Of a stretch of 64,000 bases of DNA, positions 13,065 to 26,767 are shown piece by piece. Numbering within the stretch: the first letter of the stretch is position 1; each line of letters begins with the position of its first letter. The translations under genes and the position numbers were made by a program. The notes under the pieces were generated by a model, which was not told the DNA's origin, ran no database searches, and saw nothing but the letters and a program-made list of their open reading frames with translations. This stretch comes from Octopus bimaculoides (Eukaryota): the NCBI RefSeq assembly GCF_001194135.2, contig NC_068995.1, forward strand, positions 16,027,548 to 16,091,547, given 5' to 3'.

Positions 13065-13524
13065 NNNNNNNNNNNNNNNNNNNNNNNNNNNNNNNNNNNN
13101 NNNNNNNNNNNNNNNNNNNNNNNNNNNNNNNNNNNNNNNNNNNNNNNNNNNNNNNNNNNNNNNNNNNNNNNNNNNNNNNNNNNNNNNNNNNNNNNNNNNN
13201 NNNNNNNNNNNNNNNNNNNNNNNNNNNNNNNNNNNNNNNNNNNNNNNNNNNNNNNNNNNNNNNNNNNNNNNNNNNNNNNNNNNNNNNNNNNNNNNNNNNN
13301 NTGTATTCATATATGTTTGAATTTGCATACATTCCATTTCGTGTATTTTGCAGACTGTTCTGACCGGCGTTCTACTCAGTGTCAAGGTTGTGAAAGACAT
13401 ACAGTTTTTTTCATGGAAAATATTCATGATCATTTCGTAATCTATTGCTGCACCATTCACCAGGTAAAGTTGAGGAAGGACTCACAGTTTTGTATGAATA
13501 AGTCTTTCTACTACAGGCAAAAGG

Positions 13525-13697
13525 ACTGTAATTTTGGTGCCGGCTACATCAACCACAGTACTCAAATGGCACTTATTTTATCGATCCCGACATCATAAAA
13601 AACAAACTCAAAATTGACGTAATTAAAATCAGAATATAAAGCCAGAAGCGTAGCATTTTGTCCGGCGTGCTCACGCTTCCGCTTGCTCGCCGCCTTA
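13525..13697 (-). mobile_element. SINE family B copy
   Basis: ttattttatcgatccc...gtccggcgtgct...ctcgccgcctt. Confidence 0.7.
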
Positions 13698-13959
13698 AGC
13701 AACATATGAACAATGGAACTATAGTCTGTTATGTCTCAAGCTACTGCTATCTAGCACCTTCGGATGATCTCTGCTCAACCGCTACACGACAGCTATTCAA
13801 CTGTCAGTCAACTGTCAGTCCACTCGTACCACGGTCAGACTACCTCTATTTATATGTCTTGGTCGAGCCTACTTCTTCGCTTGGGGGCGTCGACACAACA
13901 TAGTCTTTCTCTCAGCATAGAGTTTCAAGCATAATTTGATTCATGCAGGCTGCTAACTA

Positions 13960-14940
13960 TCCTGTTACTACAATAATAATATTAATAAAACCAAAAGTTT
14001 ACTTTGGCAATTGGGCTTGCAGATTCCTCACAAATGGTCCATTGTCTTTTCCCTCCTGTACTTTTCTTACAATATTTTGCCAAGTGGGTTGCTGATTTCC
14101 ACAACACATTGCTGTTTTTCTGTAATCACAGACAACAATAAGTCGTCGGATGAATTTCAATTTGGTCTCTTACTTCTTAGATTCTGCTAATATTATTTTG
14201 ATTTATCCGTCTCACTGTGTTTTCGTTTATTTGTTATGAATTGTTTTTCTTTCTCAATCCATTCCATATTGCTGCTGCTTCAACTTCATTCCTCATGAGA
14301 ATAAACTGTGTTGAAGATAGACTGTCCATGTCGTCAATGATGTTTTCTGATAGCTCCGATGTGGGTTTTGTATAGCCGCCATTCTTTGACATTTGTGCCT
14401 ACATTTCTTATTTTTTGCGCAAGAACGTATGCAGTGAAGATTTCTTTGTCGGTCTTCCATGTTTAGCGTTTAGTGTGTTATTCTTTCTACGGTCTCTGAT
14501 TTTCGTGTCAAGTTCACATGTAGAAATTTCTCTCACTAAAGGGGCATACATTTTATTGTATTATTCAGTTGGATTGCCCGATGTTCCTTGGTCAGAAATT
14601 TGTTGCAGCTGTATTTCCCATCTCTATTCTTGTTCATTAGCTATCCTAATGATGTTTTTCAAATTAGTGCTCGCAAATGTTAGTGAAATATTTACTGATC
14701 TTATTTTTTCTGCTGGATATGTTGCCTCCGTGTTACAATCCGTGACTCATATCATGGTGGTATAAATGAAATAACACGACCACCCTACTGGAAATATAAT
14801 CTTTACATATCCATTCAAACTTCCGCAAAAATTGAAAAAATTTCCATCTACCATATTCACTCTTGTGGTATAGGTCAACTCGGGACTATAACAGAAAAGA
14901 ATACTCCCATGGACCTGCAGAGTTAAGGTTATTAACCGCA
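13960..14940 (-). mobile_element. R4/Dong-like non-LTR retrotransposon remnant (RT tail + REL endonuclease)
   Basis: Frameshifted peptides RRLIVVCD..., CVVEISNP and PELTYTTR resemble the PDxVxxD..K.C.xxExSxP restriction-like endonuclease motif and upstream RT tail. Confidence 0.55.
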
Positions 14941-15038
14941 GAGATATGCCTGCACCTATACATGAGTGTACGTGCATACGCACGCACGCATGTGAATATA
15001 TAAATCCATATCTATCTATCACTCGCTTTCTCTTTCTT

Positions 15039-15081
<43 letters not shown>

Positions 15082-15860
15082 ATATATATATATGAAGATC
15101 GGTTAAGATATTCGATCATGAATTATCAATTTCTCAATCAATTGAATTATAAGGCACATCGTTTAACCGCAGCGGTCTTAGCATAACTCTTCGGTCAAAT
15201 TAGCTTAGCATATTGTGAAAATAATGGACTTTTAAAATACAAATACCTCACATCCGTCAACATTTTACAAGCATGCCGTCCGTCTCCTTAAATTCACTCG
15301 CAAATTATAATTTGGCGTGAAAATGATATTTGCTTAAATTACCACTTGGTCGAGTCGAATCAATGTCTTCATCTTGCATCTATACAACAGCCAACATATC
15401 ACTTCCTGACTTCACCTCATGGAACTACATACTCTAGAATTTTAGCATAGTTCAAAAATATATTCCGCGCTCTCACTCATACTCTATCTCACGCAGTCTG
15501 TCTCTCCCATTCTTGAGCATTTTATCTTTTCTTTTTGAAAAGGGACAAACATTCGAAATGTCAAGAAATTCCATACGCGTTTCAATTACTCATCACAAGC
15601 GGTAAACTAATATCGTCTTTATCGTACTTTATTCTCACCGTGTTGACCTATCTGTTTTCAACAGATTTTCACTTGTACATACAAACACACATACTTATAT
15701 TTTTATGCATTTATGTACATATACTTATTAATTTATACTCATATATACGTTTATATATATGCATGTCTATATATACTTATACATATAAATAGATATGAAT
15801 GTATCTTTCTATATGTGAATATATATAGCTAATTGTATGTTTGTGTATGATATGTATATA

Positions 15861-15905
<45 letters not shown>

Positions 15906-16031
15906 GTATATATTTATGATTATATAATATATATATACACATGCACACAAAACACATCACACAACACACACACATACATACATACATACATACATACATA
16001 CACATACATATATATACATATATATATACAC

Positions 16032-16115
<84 letters not shown>

Positions 16116-16567
16116 GTTGTACATATATATGTATGTATATATCTATCTATACTTATATCTCTCTATATATGGGGTCAGCTTTGCTTATGAATGTACGTCT
16201 ATACCCAAACACACATAAAAAGACTGAAATCAACGTATGGAATCTATATTAAGATATTTCCATTCATACGATGTTACCAGTTCTTGAAAAGATTCCTTCG
16301 ATATATCCAATAAAATTAAACCACCATCAGCAACAACTGCCTAACACCAAGTGACATTAATACAGACATTACAGAAACTGACATTAGCACTGAATACATA
16401 TAAAGATACTGAATGTATAGTTGCGAGAAATGTAGAATTTGTGTTTTTCTCTTTAAATAAAAAAATATTATCGGAAGGAACGGGATATTACACGATCACA
16501 CATAGACTAACAGACAAACATACAAATAATGGACACACGTACACATGCACGAACAGACGCTCACTGG

Positions 16568-16599
<32 letters not shown>

Positions 16600-16614
16600 G
16601 TATGTGTATGTATG

Positions 16615-16702
<88 letters not shown>

Positions 16703-16879
16703 CATACAAGCATACATATACATACGCATGTATATATATATATATACATGTATATATATATACAAATATATGAATATGCATATACATACGTATATATATT
16801 ATATAATTTACTCGCAATACTTACGTACCTACCACCATGCATAGATACATATATGCATAGATACATATATAATAGTTAG

Positions 16880-17230
16880 TGATGAGTCCGCGTCAGCTTC
16901 CTCGATGACTCGTCATCTTCTTTAATAATCGGCATTACATGCTCATTGAACGACAGATTAACTAGCTGAATATTTACCCAGGCACACGTACAATTAACGT
17001 GATTCTCAGGTAGATGCAGCCTGTCACAGTGGTCCCAGGATGGAGTTTTAGATTACAGGTATATATTCCATTCGACGGACGTACGCATACTTTCCTTCTT
17101 CCTAGTTTCATTTACAGACTTTAGAGTGATGCGAAGTTATAGTAAAAAGAAGAGAGATGCATTCTCTACATGCCACGGTGTTGAATCGAACCCTGGACCT
17201 GATGGGTGAGTTGCCACACTGTGTGACGCC
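16880..17230 (-). mobile_element. Old SINE family C copy
   Basis: Degenerate body (caattaacgtgattctcagg..ttcagc-like) plus antisense tRNA T-arm gaatcgaacc at 17183-17192. Confidence 0.55.
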
Positions 17231-17465
17231 GATTTCGTCTGAGAAATATATCGTAGCTTCAAATTTCTTTGGAATACTCAGTTACTTACTCTATCAATGA
17301 ATTGCTAGATTAGTTCATCGAATGATCGAACAGCTAAATACTCATCGTCGAAACCGATGAAGATCCATTTCCTCAAGCAAATTCATCGAACCTAGCGCTA
17401 TTAAAGTGAATATAATGTTTTATGCATTATAGAAACATAAGAGACACCAGTGATAAGTAAAATGC

Positions 17466-17672
17466 TTTTAAATTTTGGCCCAAGGTCATCAATTTTGGGG
17501 TGGAGGTGAAGCAAGTCGATTATATCGACCCCAGTGTTCAACTGATACTTATTTTATCGATCCGAAAGGACGAAAGGCAAAGTCGACTATAGCGGAATAT
17601 TAACGTAACCAACGGCGAAATGCCGCCAAGCATTTTCCCCCGGCGTGCTAAGAATTTTGGCATCTTGTCATC
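17466..17672 (-). mobile_element. SINE family B copy
   Basis: aagtcgattatatcgaccccagtgttcaactgatacttattttatcga...gaaatgccgccaagcatttt. Confidence 0.8.
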
Positions 17673-18104
17673 TTAGTATGATTATTCAGTCTTAGGAGGG
17701 TGCTGAGTTCTACCCCATTGCGTGGAATCTTCTGGAAATTGCCATCCAAAATAAACAAATGGAGAAATAATCATATGCAATTATTCATTTATCTGTAACG
17801 TTTATGAATGATTTGTTTCAGTATTTGGACTGCGGCCATACTGGTGCACTGCCCTGAATTGATAAGTCCAACAAATTGATACTCAGTACTTATTTAAAAA
17901 AAATCTAGTAACTTATTCTATCATTCGCTTCTGTAGATTGCTGAGTTACGGGAACGTAAAAAAACAGCACTGGTTGTGAAGAAGTTTGCAAATCATCAAC
18001 AAAGGCTTGATTGGAGTCAATCGCACTGAACATGCATCCTCTAAGCAAACCATTTTGAAACTGGATCATGACGCCAGATGAAAATTGGATTCCTTAAAGC
18101 AACA

Positions 18105-18507
18105 TTGGTTTTCAATTTTGGTACAATGCTAGAATTTCCAGGGAAGGGGTTAAGTCGATTACATCGACCCCTATTATTTCACTGGGACTTATTTTATCGA
18201 CCCCGAAGGGATGAAAGACTAAGTCGACGTCGGTGGAATTTGAACTTATAAAGTAAAGACGGATGAAATGCCGTTAAACATTTTCACCGGCATACTAACG
18301 ATTCGCCCAGCTAGCCGCCATTCCAAGACTAATATTGGCTTCAAATTTTGACACAATGTCAGCAATATCGAGGGAGGGGTGAAGTCAATTACATCGTTTT
18401 CCATTACTCAGTTGGTGTTTGTTTTAACGACCTCGAATGTGATGAAAGACAAAGTCCACCTCGGCATTTTGTCCATCGTATTAACGATTCTGCCAGCTCA
18501 CCGCCTT
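18105..18507 (-). mobile_element. Two adjacent SINE family B copies (18105-18320, 18335-18507)
   Basis: Head-to-tail repeat of the family B pattern. Confidence 0.75.
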
Positions 18508-18628
18508 ATTCTTTAAAGCAACATTAAGCGCCGCACTGAGCCCAAATAAAAAGAATCCCATCACATGCACGAGTTACATTAAAGAAGTTTTAGTGTCTAT
18601 TTCTTGAGATATTGAAATATTCATTATA

Positions 18629-19269
18629 GGCGTTGGTGTGGCTGTGTGGTAAGAAGTTTGCTTCCTAACCACATGGTTCCGGGTTCAGTCCTACTGCATG
18701 GAACCTTGGGCAAGTGTATTCTACTATAGCCTTGGGGCGATAAAGCCTTGTGAGTGGATATGGTAGACGGAAACTGAAAGAAGACCGCCGTATATATATA
18801 TTAGGGCTGGTAATGATTAATTTAATTTTAATAATTAACTTTTGAGAAAGTAATGATTAATTAATAGTTAATTTCGATTAAAACATAAAAGTGTGTGCAG
18901 TTGCGTTTATTAACAGGTTTATATTTCAATTAAAATTCAGTTGAAGGTAGTAAGTAAGCGTTGGGTTAGATCCATGGTATGCGAACGATTTGTCGAGATG
19001 GATGCAATAAACGTTATCAGGAATTTTGATATTACCGTTAGTCAACAATCTAAATCCAAAATATTCATGTAATCGACCTGATAAAGGTTTATATTTCATA
19101 ACTCGATTCTTCTCTGCCGCCATTTTGCTGCAGTTACTATTGCTTCCTGACTTCCGGCACATTTATTAATGAGGGGTAGAAAATTAAATTTGAAACTGAT
19201 TAATAAAAATTTAACCGTTAAAATAAATTAACGATTAATCGACTAATTAATCTTTAAATTCCGCAGCCC

Positions 19270-19311
<42 letters not shown>

Positions 19312-19522
19312 GTGTGTCTGTGTTAGTGTGTGTGTGTTTGTGTGTTTGTGTTTGCCCCACCACCATCACTTGACACTCGATGTTGGTGTGTTTACGTCCA
19401 CATAACTTAGCAGTTCGGCAAATGAGACTGATAAAATAAGTACTAGGCTTACAACCCTGGGGTCGATTTCTTCGACTAAATGCGGTGCTCCAGCATTGCC
19501 GCAGTCAGATGACTAAAAAATA
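18629..19522 (+). mobile_element. SINE family A copy interrupted by a hAT element
   Basis: 5' half 18629-18801 and 3' half 19272-19522 flank the insert at the internal (TA)n. Confidence 0.85.
18802..19271 (-). mobile_element. Non-autonomous hAT element with decayed BED zinc finger
   Basis: Termini TAGGGCTG...CAGCCCTA, subterminal acgattaatcga motifs, near 8-bp TSD (atatatat/ttatatat); ORF 18926-19162 has LHEYFGF...VYCIHLDKSFAYHGSNPTLTYYL (BED finger, Cys/His partly lost). Confidence 0.85.
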
Positions 19523-20344
19523 GAAAACTTCCTGCTTTAATAAATCATAGCAATAAACTCTCATCAAAATAATGTATAACCTTACAGTGCACAAGTCGCT
19601 AAAAGTGGCCTGGTGTCATTGTGATGGAGTAAAGTGCTATAGTCTCAGTATTCTCCAGATCTTTCGTCTATCAAACTTCCATTTATTTAGATCTTGTTAA
19701 AGCCATTTAGACGGGAAATGTACGGTTAGCATCGAAAATAGAGAAAGCGAATTAAATATATTTTAATTAAAACTCCAGGGAGTTCTTCAAACTAGGCATT
19801 AAAAAATTTACAAGTAGTGGGAAGAGGTTATAGAAAATGAAGGGGATTATGAAGATGATTAAATTTTCAGCATTAAATATCATGTGTGAATTTTTAAATA
19901 CATACTAAAAATCAGAAAGTAATTTCTCTACAACCTGACACTTTGTTATGTGCATGCATTAACTATTTGTAATCGTTTCACATGTAAACTATATTGCACG
20001 TATCCAAATGAGATATGTAAATGAATATATGCAAATGTATAAATACATTCCCATATTTCTGATAACTAAGGAATAATTTAACACAAAAATTTATAGCATT
20101 AACTTTCAATGCTAATAGGTTACCCTCAACAGAGATTATATATTCACCCCAGAAGGATTTGAACTTAGAAGGAGAATAAGATCTCACTAATATATCTGAA
20201 AGCATTTACTCCAGGTCTCCACCGTTTCTGCCATGCCACCTACCCGTGCCTTGTATTTGAAATATTGAAATATTAAAAATAATAATTTATTGTGAAAATG
20301 AAAGTTATAAATGTTGATATAGAAGTAAGAAATTATTCATTCCA

Positions 20345-20466
20345 GACAAGGTTCATTGCTACTGTGCGGCACCTTGCGACACTAATATAGGGCCGCGCCG
20401 ACCAACACCTTCAGAGTAAATTTGATACACGGAAACACTGTGTGGAAGTCGGTCATATATCAGCAT

Positions 20467-20540
<74 letters not shown>

Positions 20541-20569
20541 TATGTGTGTGCGACCGTCTGTGTGTAAAC

Positions 20570-20606
<37 letters not shown>

Positions 20607-20800
20607 TATGTATGTATATGTCATTATGTCTACCCCTCTCCGCCACCTGGCAAGTGGTGTTGGTTTGTTTATGTCCAGTTAGGCAAAAGACCCGATAGAA
20701 CGAGTACCAGACTTCTAGAAGAAATTGCTTGAGTCAATTTCTTCGACTAAACTCTTCAAGGTGGTGCTCCAGCTTGGCCGCAATAAAATGCCTGAAACAA
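20345..20800 (+). mobile_element. SINE family A, diverged copy
   Basis: gcggcaccttg head remnant, internal (TA)n, gctccagcttggccgca end. Confidence 0.7.
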
Positions 20801-20954
20801 AATATACCAGATCAATGTCTCTATTTTAATCTGTGATTTAGCGACATAATTAACATAATTGTTTACCATTATATAAAAGTAAAAATGTAAGATGAAGCTT
20901 AAAGTGAATGAACCTTGACTTGGTAGTTCGAATTGTAGATCAAATATATCTTTA

Positions 20955-21190
20955 ATCTTTTATCTTTTACTCGTTTCATTCATTAAACTGCGGCTATGCT
21001 GGAGCACTATCTTGCATGATTTTTGTCGAATGACTTGAACCCAGTATTTATGGTTAATTAATAAGCTGAGTATTTATTCTATCCATCTCTTTTATGGAAG
21101 GACATAACCACACCAAGACCGGTTGTCAAACGGTTGGGGAACAAACAAGGACACACACACACCACACGCACTTACATACACACATACAAA
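20955..21190 (-). mobile_element. SINE family A, 3' half
   Basis: cttttatcttttactcgtttc...tgcggctatgctggagcac...ccggttgtcaa. Confidence 0.75.
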
Positions 21191-21269
21191 CACAGGCATA
21201 CATTATGCGTGTATTAAGCATATATATACAAATATACTCACATCACTTTGTCACTCTATTATTAGACTA

Positions 21270-22900
21270 TCGGAATGTCTTACATCTGACAAAATGTACT
21301 TCCTTTGTTTTCACTGCGCTCTCCTCTTCCAAACGGGTCTGAAGTTTTTTCATTATATCATCTGTCCATTCTCCTGGAAATTTTCCGACTATTCTGTTCT
21401 GACCCCTTGGATACCTTTTGGCAACTGCACAAAACAACAAGTTCGTTCGAGAGGAACGTGTGTTTTCGGTATTTCGCAATTACATCGTTCATTCCACTCA
21501 AATCGATTCAGATGTGCTCCAAAATGATATTCCAAGCTTGGATCTTTCCATGGCTTTCTGTATAGTTATTTGTTGCTCTTCCTTTCTTGTAGTAGTCCAT
21601 GTCTCAGTTTGCGTATAGGAGCACTGGTAGGACTGCGGCATTGAAGAGACTGGTACGTACGGTCTTATCCGTCCGTGCTTTGAACATGTCTTTGATAGAT
21701 GCAAATCCTTACCACACAAGACTTACTTTGCTTAATTTCAGCATTCATATCTCCGTATATATTTACTGCCTGTACCAAGTAAACGTACTCTTTTACCTTC
21801 TCAATTTCATCGCCTCTCCTTATTAAGGCACCTTGTGCTACGTTTTCTGGTCCTATGTTTTTTCTTTTCATGTAGTATATTTCAAAATCGGAATATACAT
21901 CTCTGTCAGCATGACTTGCAACTTAGCTGAAGATTCTACAATGAGTACGATGTAATCTGCTAATCAGAAGTGTGTGAGTAGCTATTTGATGATGATGATG
22001 ATGCTACCTTTCCAAACAAAGTCTTTCATGACTATTTGGATACATACGGTGAAGTGATATGAAGAAGTGGTCTCCTTGTTTCATGCCTTTTCAAATTGAA
22101 GACCTAATGGAAGTGACACTAGAGTTATATCGTTGATACAATCCGAGAGGCTGTCCCTGGCATGCATTGTATATGATATGCTCGATTCGTTGCATCTGCT
22201 GTGATTTCAGTATTGCATTTACCTCAATACTATCATGGACTTTTCTGTAATAAACGAAGGCGAATCAGAGACGCATGTGATATTCTTTTCGCTCGTTCTC
22301 GAAGCTGTGTTAGAACGTATATGTGATCTATTGTGCTGTAGTTCTTCCGATGTGTTTCAGATACACCAAGACCGGTATTTCCAAGTATGTTATTTTATCG
22401 ACAAGTAATTTTAGTTAATATTTTTTGTAAAGTATTTTCACTATTCGCGATCAACGTTACCGAGAAAGTTTTAGCATCCTCTGTCCTGTGAACATCCGAT
22501 ACTGGGAGTCATTTGAGTGAAAGTGTTCATACGAAATGTCATAAGGTAAAAATCATACTGAGCATTTTCCAAGGACTCCCTAGGTAATTGTGTCCAGAGT
22601 GAGAGACCTTGTTTACTACAACGGTACGCTGCTGTATTGCGTAGAAGCATAGATTCCCTACTTCTGTGAAAACGGTTGGTAGAATACTCGTCAGCCACTT
22701 CCAAGAAGTCGGAGTAGGACTGATAGTATATTATTTTAAGATTAGGTAAAAGATGCAAGATTCTGTGACTGAGCAAAGAAATGACTGCACTGGATAATTC
22801 TGAAGAACTTAACACACATTTTGAGTTTCTTTACATTGTGATATCAGATGATTCGCAGAATGTATAAAACATTAAGGAACACAATCTGAATCAGGCTGGA
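21270..22900 (-). mobile_element. RTE-clade LINE, decayed RT
   Basis: Ordered motifs on minus: STxDHI-like, FVYYRKVHDSIE (DYxKAFDSVE), GDEIEKVKEYVYLVQ, QKAMERSKLGIS, RYPRGQNRIVGKFPGEWTDDI. Confidence 0.8.
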
Positions 22901-23996
22901 TATCGGTCAGTTTCTTAGAGGTAGACTGTACAACCCTTTTATACCCCTAATTGCCATCTACGTAACAGAAACACGAGACCTAAAATATAAGGAGATATGA
23001 AGATCAACAGTTATTGAAATGTTGTGTTTGCCGTATATACTAATGATATCATGATAAGACACCCATATAACATGCATTCTTATCACTCCAATAAGATGGA
23101 AAAGATTAAAATAGTTTGGCAAATTAATGAGGAGACTACAGAAAACTAAGTAGAGAAGACATTCTGTCATAGCTTCCAAAATAATTCACCACGTGGTAAG
23201 ATAGCTTACCGGTTGGAACCCCTAGATACGTAACAAAAGGCTATCTCTCTCGAGAAAGTCAAGGATTATTGGCACTGGTACAGCTGAGAGTCAAAGAAAG
23301 ACTGAGCAGTGAAGAACAATGTGCATACTGTGTGCGTGTGTATGCAAATATAGAATTATCTTTTAACAACAGTATTATCTTGTAACAATTCTTGTAACAA
23401 TTTGGCTATCACTAAGTGAAGACGTTATGACGAAAGATTTGCCGCAGAGGTGAAAACTTGTTATAGAAATATCGCTAAAACTGTTCAAAGAAGTTGGTAT
23501 TTTGGCATGGGCTTCGCTGTTAATAATTAAATCGAACAAAAGAACTAATCAGGAAATGTCACATTAAATATTGAAAATTTTTCAATGTGACAGTTCTCAA
23601 TAACAATGAATCCGAGAAACTAACGATGTTTTTGGTCTTACAATAGCAATGAATACACAGCGTAAGTTCATTCATGAGATGTCCAGATATAGCACATTTT
23701 TTCAGGTAGGTTTCTAATTTCTTCATTTCAGACATTATTAGTTCAGAACACTTCATAAACTTCTCAAATGCCAGCACCAAAGTAGAGGTTAGAAATTTAG
23801 GAGACCAGTGATATTCCAATAGAAACCACAATTATACAAATTAGAATTAAGGAAAATGGGTAGGGAATTATTTCCAGTTAAGATGCTACTGAAGATCATA
23901 AACTCTGAAAAAGACACCTTGTTTAATAATGGCGATCGACTTGTTTTTTTCTTCCTTTTTCTGTATTGCGGGTATTGAACTATCGATAGTACGAAA

Positions 23997-24058
<62 letters not shown>

Positions 24059-24084
24059 ATAATAATAATAATAATAATAATAAA

Positions 24085-24560
24085 TACCCTGGTGCAGTAC
24101 CAGGCAGAGCCTCCCATGGCGTTTGATCTTAACTCATTGGAAGTGTTATCATATAAATTGTGTTGTCTTGGTATAAAAGATGGACTACAGCAAATATTCT
24201 GCTCAATACCACAGATTTGCTTGTCAATTGCTTGACCATAACCATTTGAGCATGTCTTAGTCGCTGACGATATGTGCATTTCTGATCACAAGCAGAAGTA
24301 GTGCGGGAGCATCAAAGCCATGTGCTGAGAGGAATTCTTTCGGGTTTGGATAATCCACCTTTGGAACTATGGGTGTTTTGTTCAACATCCTAAACAACAC
24401 TTATTCAGGGACCTTTTGAGCAGGATGGGCTACTCTAACTGAAGAAAATTCTAACTGGGCTCCGCCTGCAAGGTCATGTGCTGTTTATCTTAATAGGAAA
24501 CCACTATGCTGCGCACATATGGCTGTGATGCATGTGCCTGGTGTGCCCTTATCACACGGG
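24085..24560. repeat. Dispersed repeat (family D); second partial copy at 50840-51070
   Basis: Shared acagcaaatatt(c/t)tgctcaataccacagatttgcttg...gtgcatttctgatca block; preceded by (ACT)n(AAT)n. Confidence 0.7.
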
Positions 24561-24613
24561 TAGTATATGTTACCCCAATGTGACTTTGAAGGCATGCACT
24601 TCTCTCTCACTCA

Positions 24614-24670
<57 letters not shown>

Positions 24671-24930
24671 TCTATATTAGGTTGGGAAAATAAACTTGAT
24701 CAGTCAAAACAGTAGTAATATAAAATATATTCCGATTAATGCACCAGTTGTAAATAATTTACAGCTTTTCAATAGAATTACCGGAAGTTCAGAACATTGC
24801 TCTAATAATGACGTTACCATATTGACAAAACGATCCTTCTTGAAGTGTCAACTGAGCACCTCCTACACCCCTCTTACCAGTCAGCGCAAGCATTGAGATA
24901 ATGGTTACCATGGAACAATAGAGAACTCTA

Positions 24931-24976
<46 letters not shown>

Positions 24977-24986
24977 GTACATACAC

Positions 24987-25044
<58 letters not shown>

Positions 25045-25301
25045 CTATCTATTTATCTTTCTATCTATCTATCTATCTATACATACATACATAGATACAC
25101 AAACACGCACCTACACATTTAAAAAAAACATATGTGTATATATATGTATATATATATCTATACATACATATATATACATATACATATAAATATATATATG
25201 AATATTTCTCTCTGTTAGTGCGCCTGTCTAGTTGTCTATCTTTCTCTCTCGTTCACTCTCTTGCTCTCTCTCTTACTCACTCTCTCGCTCTCTCTATTTC
25301 A

Positions 25302-25334
<33 letters not shown>

Positions 25335-25511
25335 TGCATATATATTCTCACTTTGTATATACATACATATATGCATACATAGACAAAAACACACACACAC
25401 ACACACATATATATATGTGTATGCATATATATTTATATGTATTATGTATGTGTGTATATATGTATATATATATATAGATACATACGTATACATATGTACA
25501 TATAAATATGC

Positions 25512-25567
<56 letters not shown>

Positions 25568-26139
25568 TATATATATATATGTATGTATACGTATACGTAT
25601 ACACATATATATATATATGTATATATAAGTATGCATACACACCCACCCACATTTGCATAATATATATACACACATATATATACATTCTTAAGCCTGTGTG
25701 GCATTGATATACAATAGGTAACAATTGAGGCTTGTTCTGTTGAGGTCGTTTGCATTGCTTAATGAACATCTCTTCTTTTCTTTTTATTCCTCCCTTACAT
25801 GTTATGTCTCCTCTCCACTGCCTTCCGCTTTTTTTCCACTGCTTTAAATAACTCCCCCCCCCCTCACACTTGCTGATTACCGCGGCTTAGGCGTCCCAGG
25901 AGAGCTGTTCTACTGCCCTACTGTTTTTTCACCCTCCTGGGGCATCTTAATCCGTCGAACAGGTTATGCTTGAATAACTGAGCAGTATTGCCTTTTTACA
26001 TAATGCCATTTTCATCCATCCATGCATATATACATTCATACATTCATGCATATGTATTATCTGTGTGTGTGGGGGTGTGGGGTGTGCGTGTGTGTGTGTG
26101 TGTGTGTATATGTAGGTATGTATGTGTGTATGTATTTAT

Positions 26140-26767
26140 CATTTCGTTTTAGAAGAGAGTTATGAACCAGTAAGTCGCTTAGGTTACGGACGCATTTGAA
26201 GGAAGGCAAGGATGTGTTGGGAAAAACAGGGAAGATGGTGTGATCGGACTTGGTGACAGCAGAAGGCCAGTAGGATTTTCTGACGACGGGGCAAGATGGA
26301 GGGGTGGAAAATGAGGGGAAAGAGGAGGCGGTTGGGAGACCGGTGAACGGAAGGAGAAAGGGATGAAGTGCAATCAACTTGGCGGCCACTGGCAAGGGTG
26401 ACCTGTACAAGTGTAGAGGGGTATCCGGGATGAGCGAACTGGAGAGCCAGATATTGAGTGTGAGTCACAAAATCCTGATCGCGGACGCACAGAGGTCGGA
26501 GATTGAGAAATTGGGAATAGAACGTTTGGTGTGGGAGGACGAAAAGTTGAGGTAGATGTGGAAGCCAGTATGTTTGAAAAAGGTGGAAGCATTGAAAGGG
26601 TAGGCAAGGGGAGCAACAGAATGAAAGATATCAAGAAAGCTGACACAAGTGTCAGAGATCACAGAGGTGAACTCAAGGAAACGAAAGCAATAAAGTTGGT
26701 GAGTTGCTCACGAGAGAGGGAGGTACCGCTCCAGTGCAGTGTGTGTGTCGGTATCCGTGTATGTGTG
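26140..26767 (-). mobile_element. Penelope-like element, RT thumb/linker
   Basis: SLSREQLTNFIAF, EFTSVISDTCVSFLD, HIYLNFSSSHTKRSIP and FKCVRNLSDLLVH match PLE motifs (LxFT..S...FLD; HxYLxFxSSHP..K.SIP; R..NLxDxLV). Confidence 0.8.

Noticed and set aside
17177-17200. 2A-like peptide GVESNPGP inside an apparent exon (17119-17205)
   Set aside because: It lacks the D of DxExNPGP, and gaatcgaacc is the antisense tRNA T-arm/B-box of a decayed SINE C head, which naturally spells ESNP.
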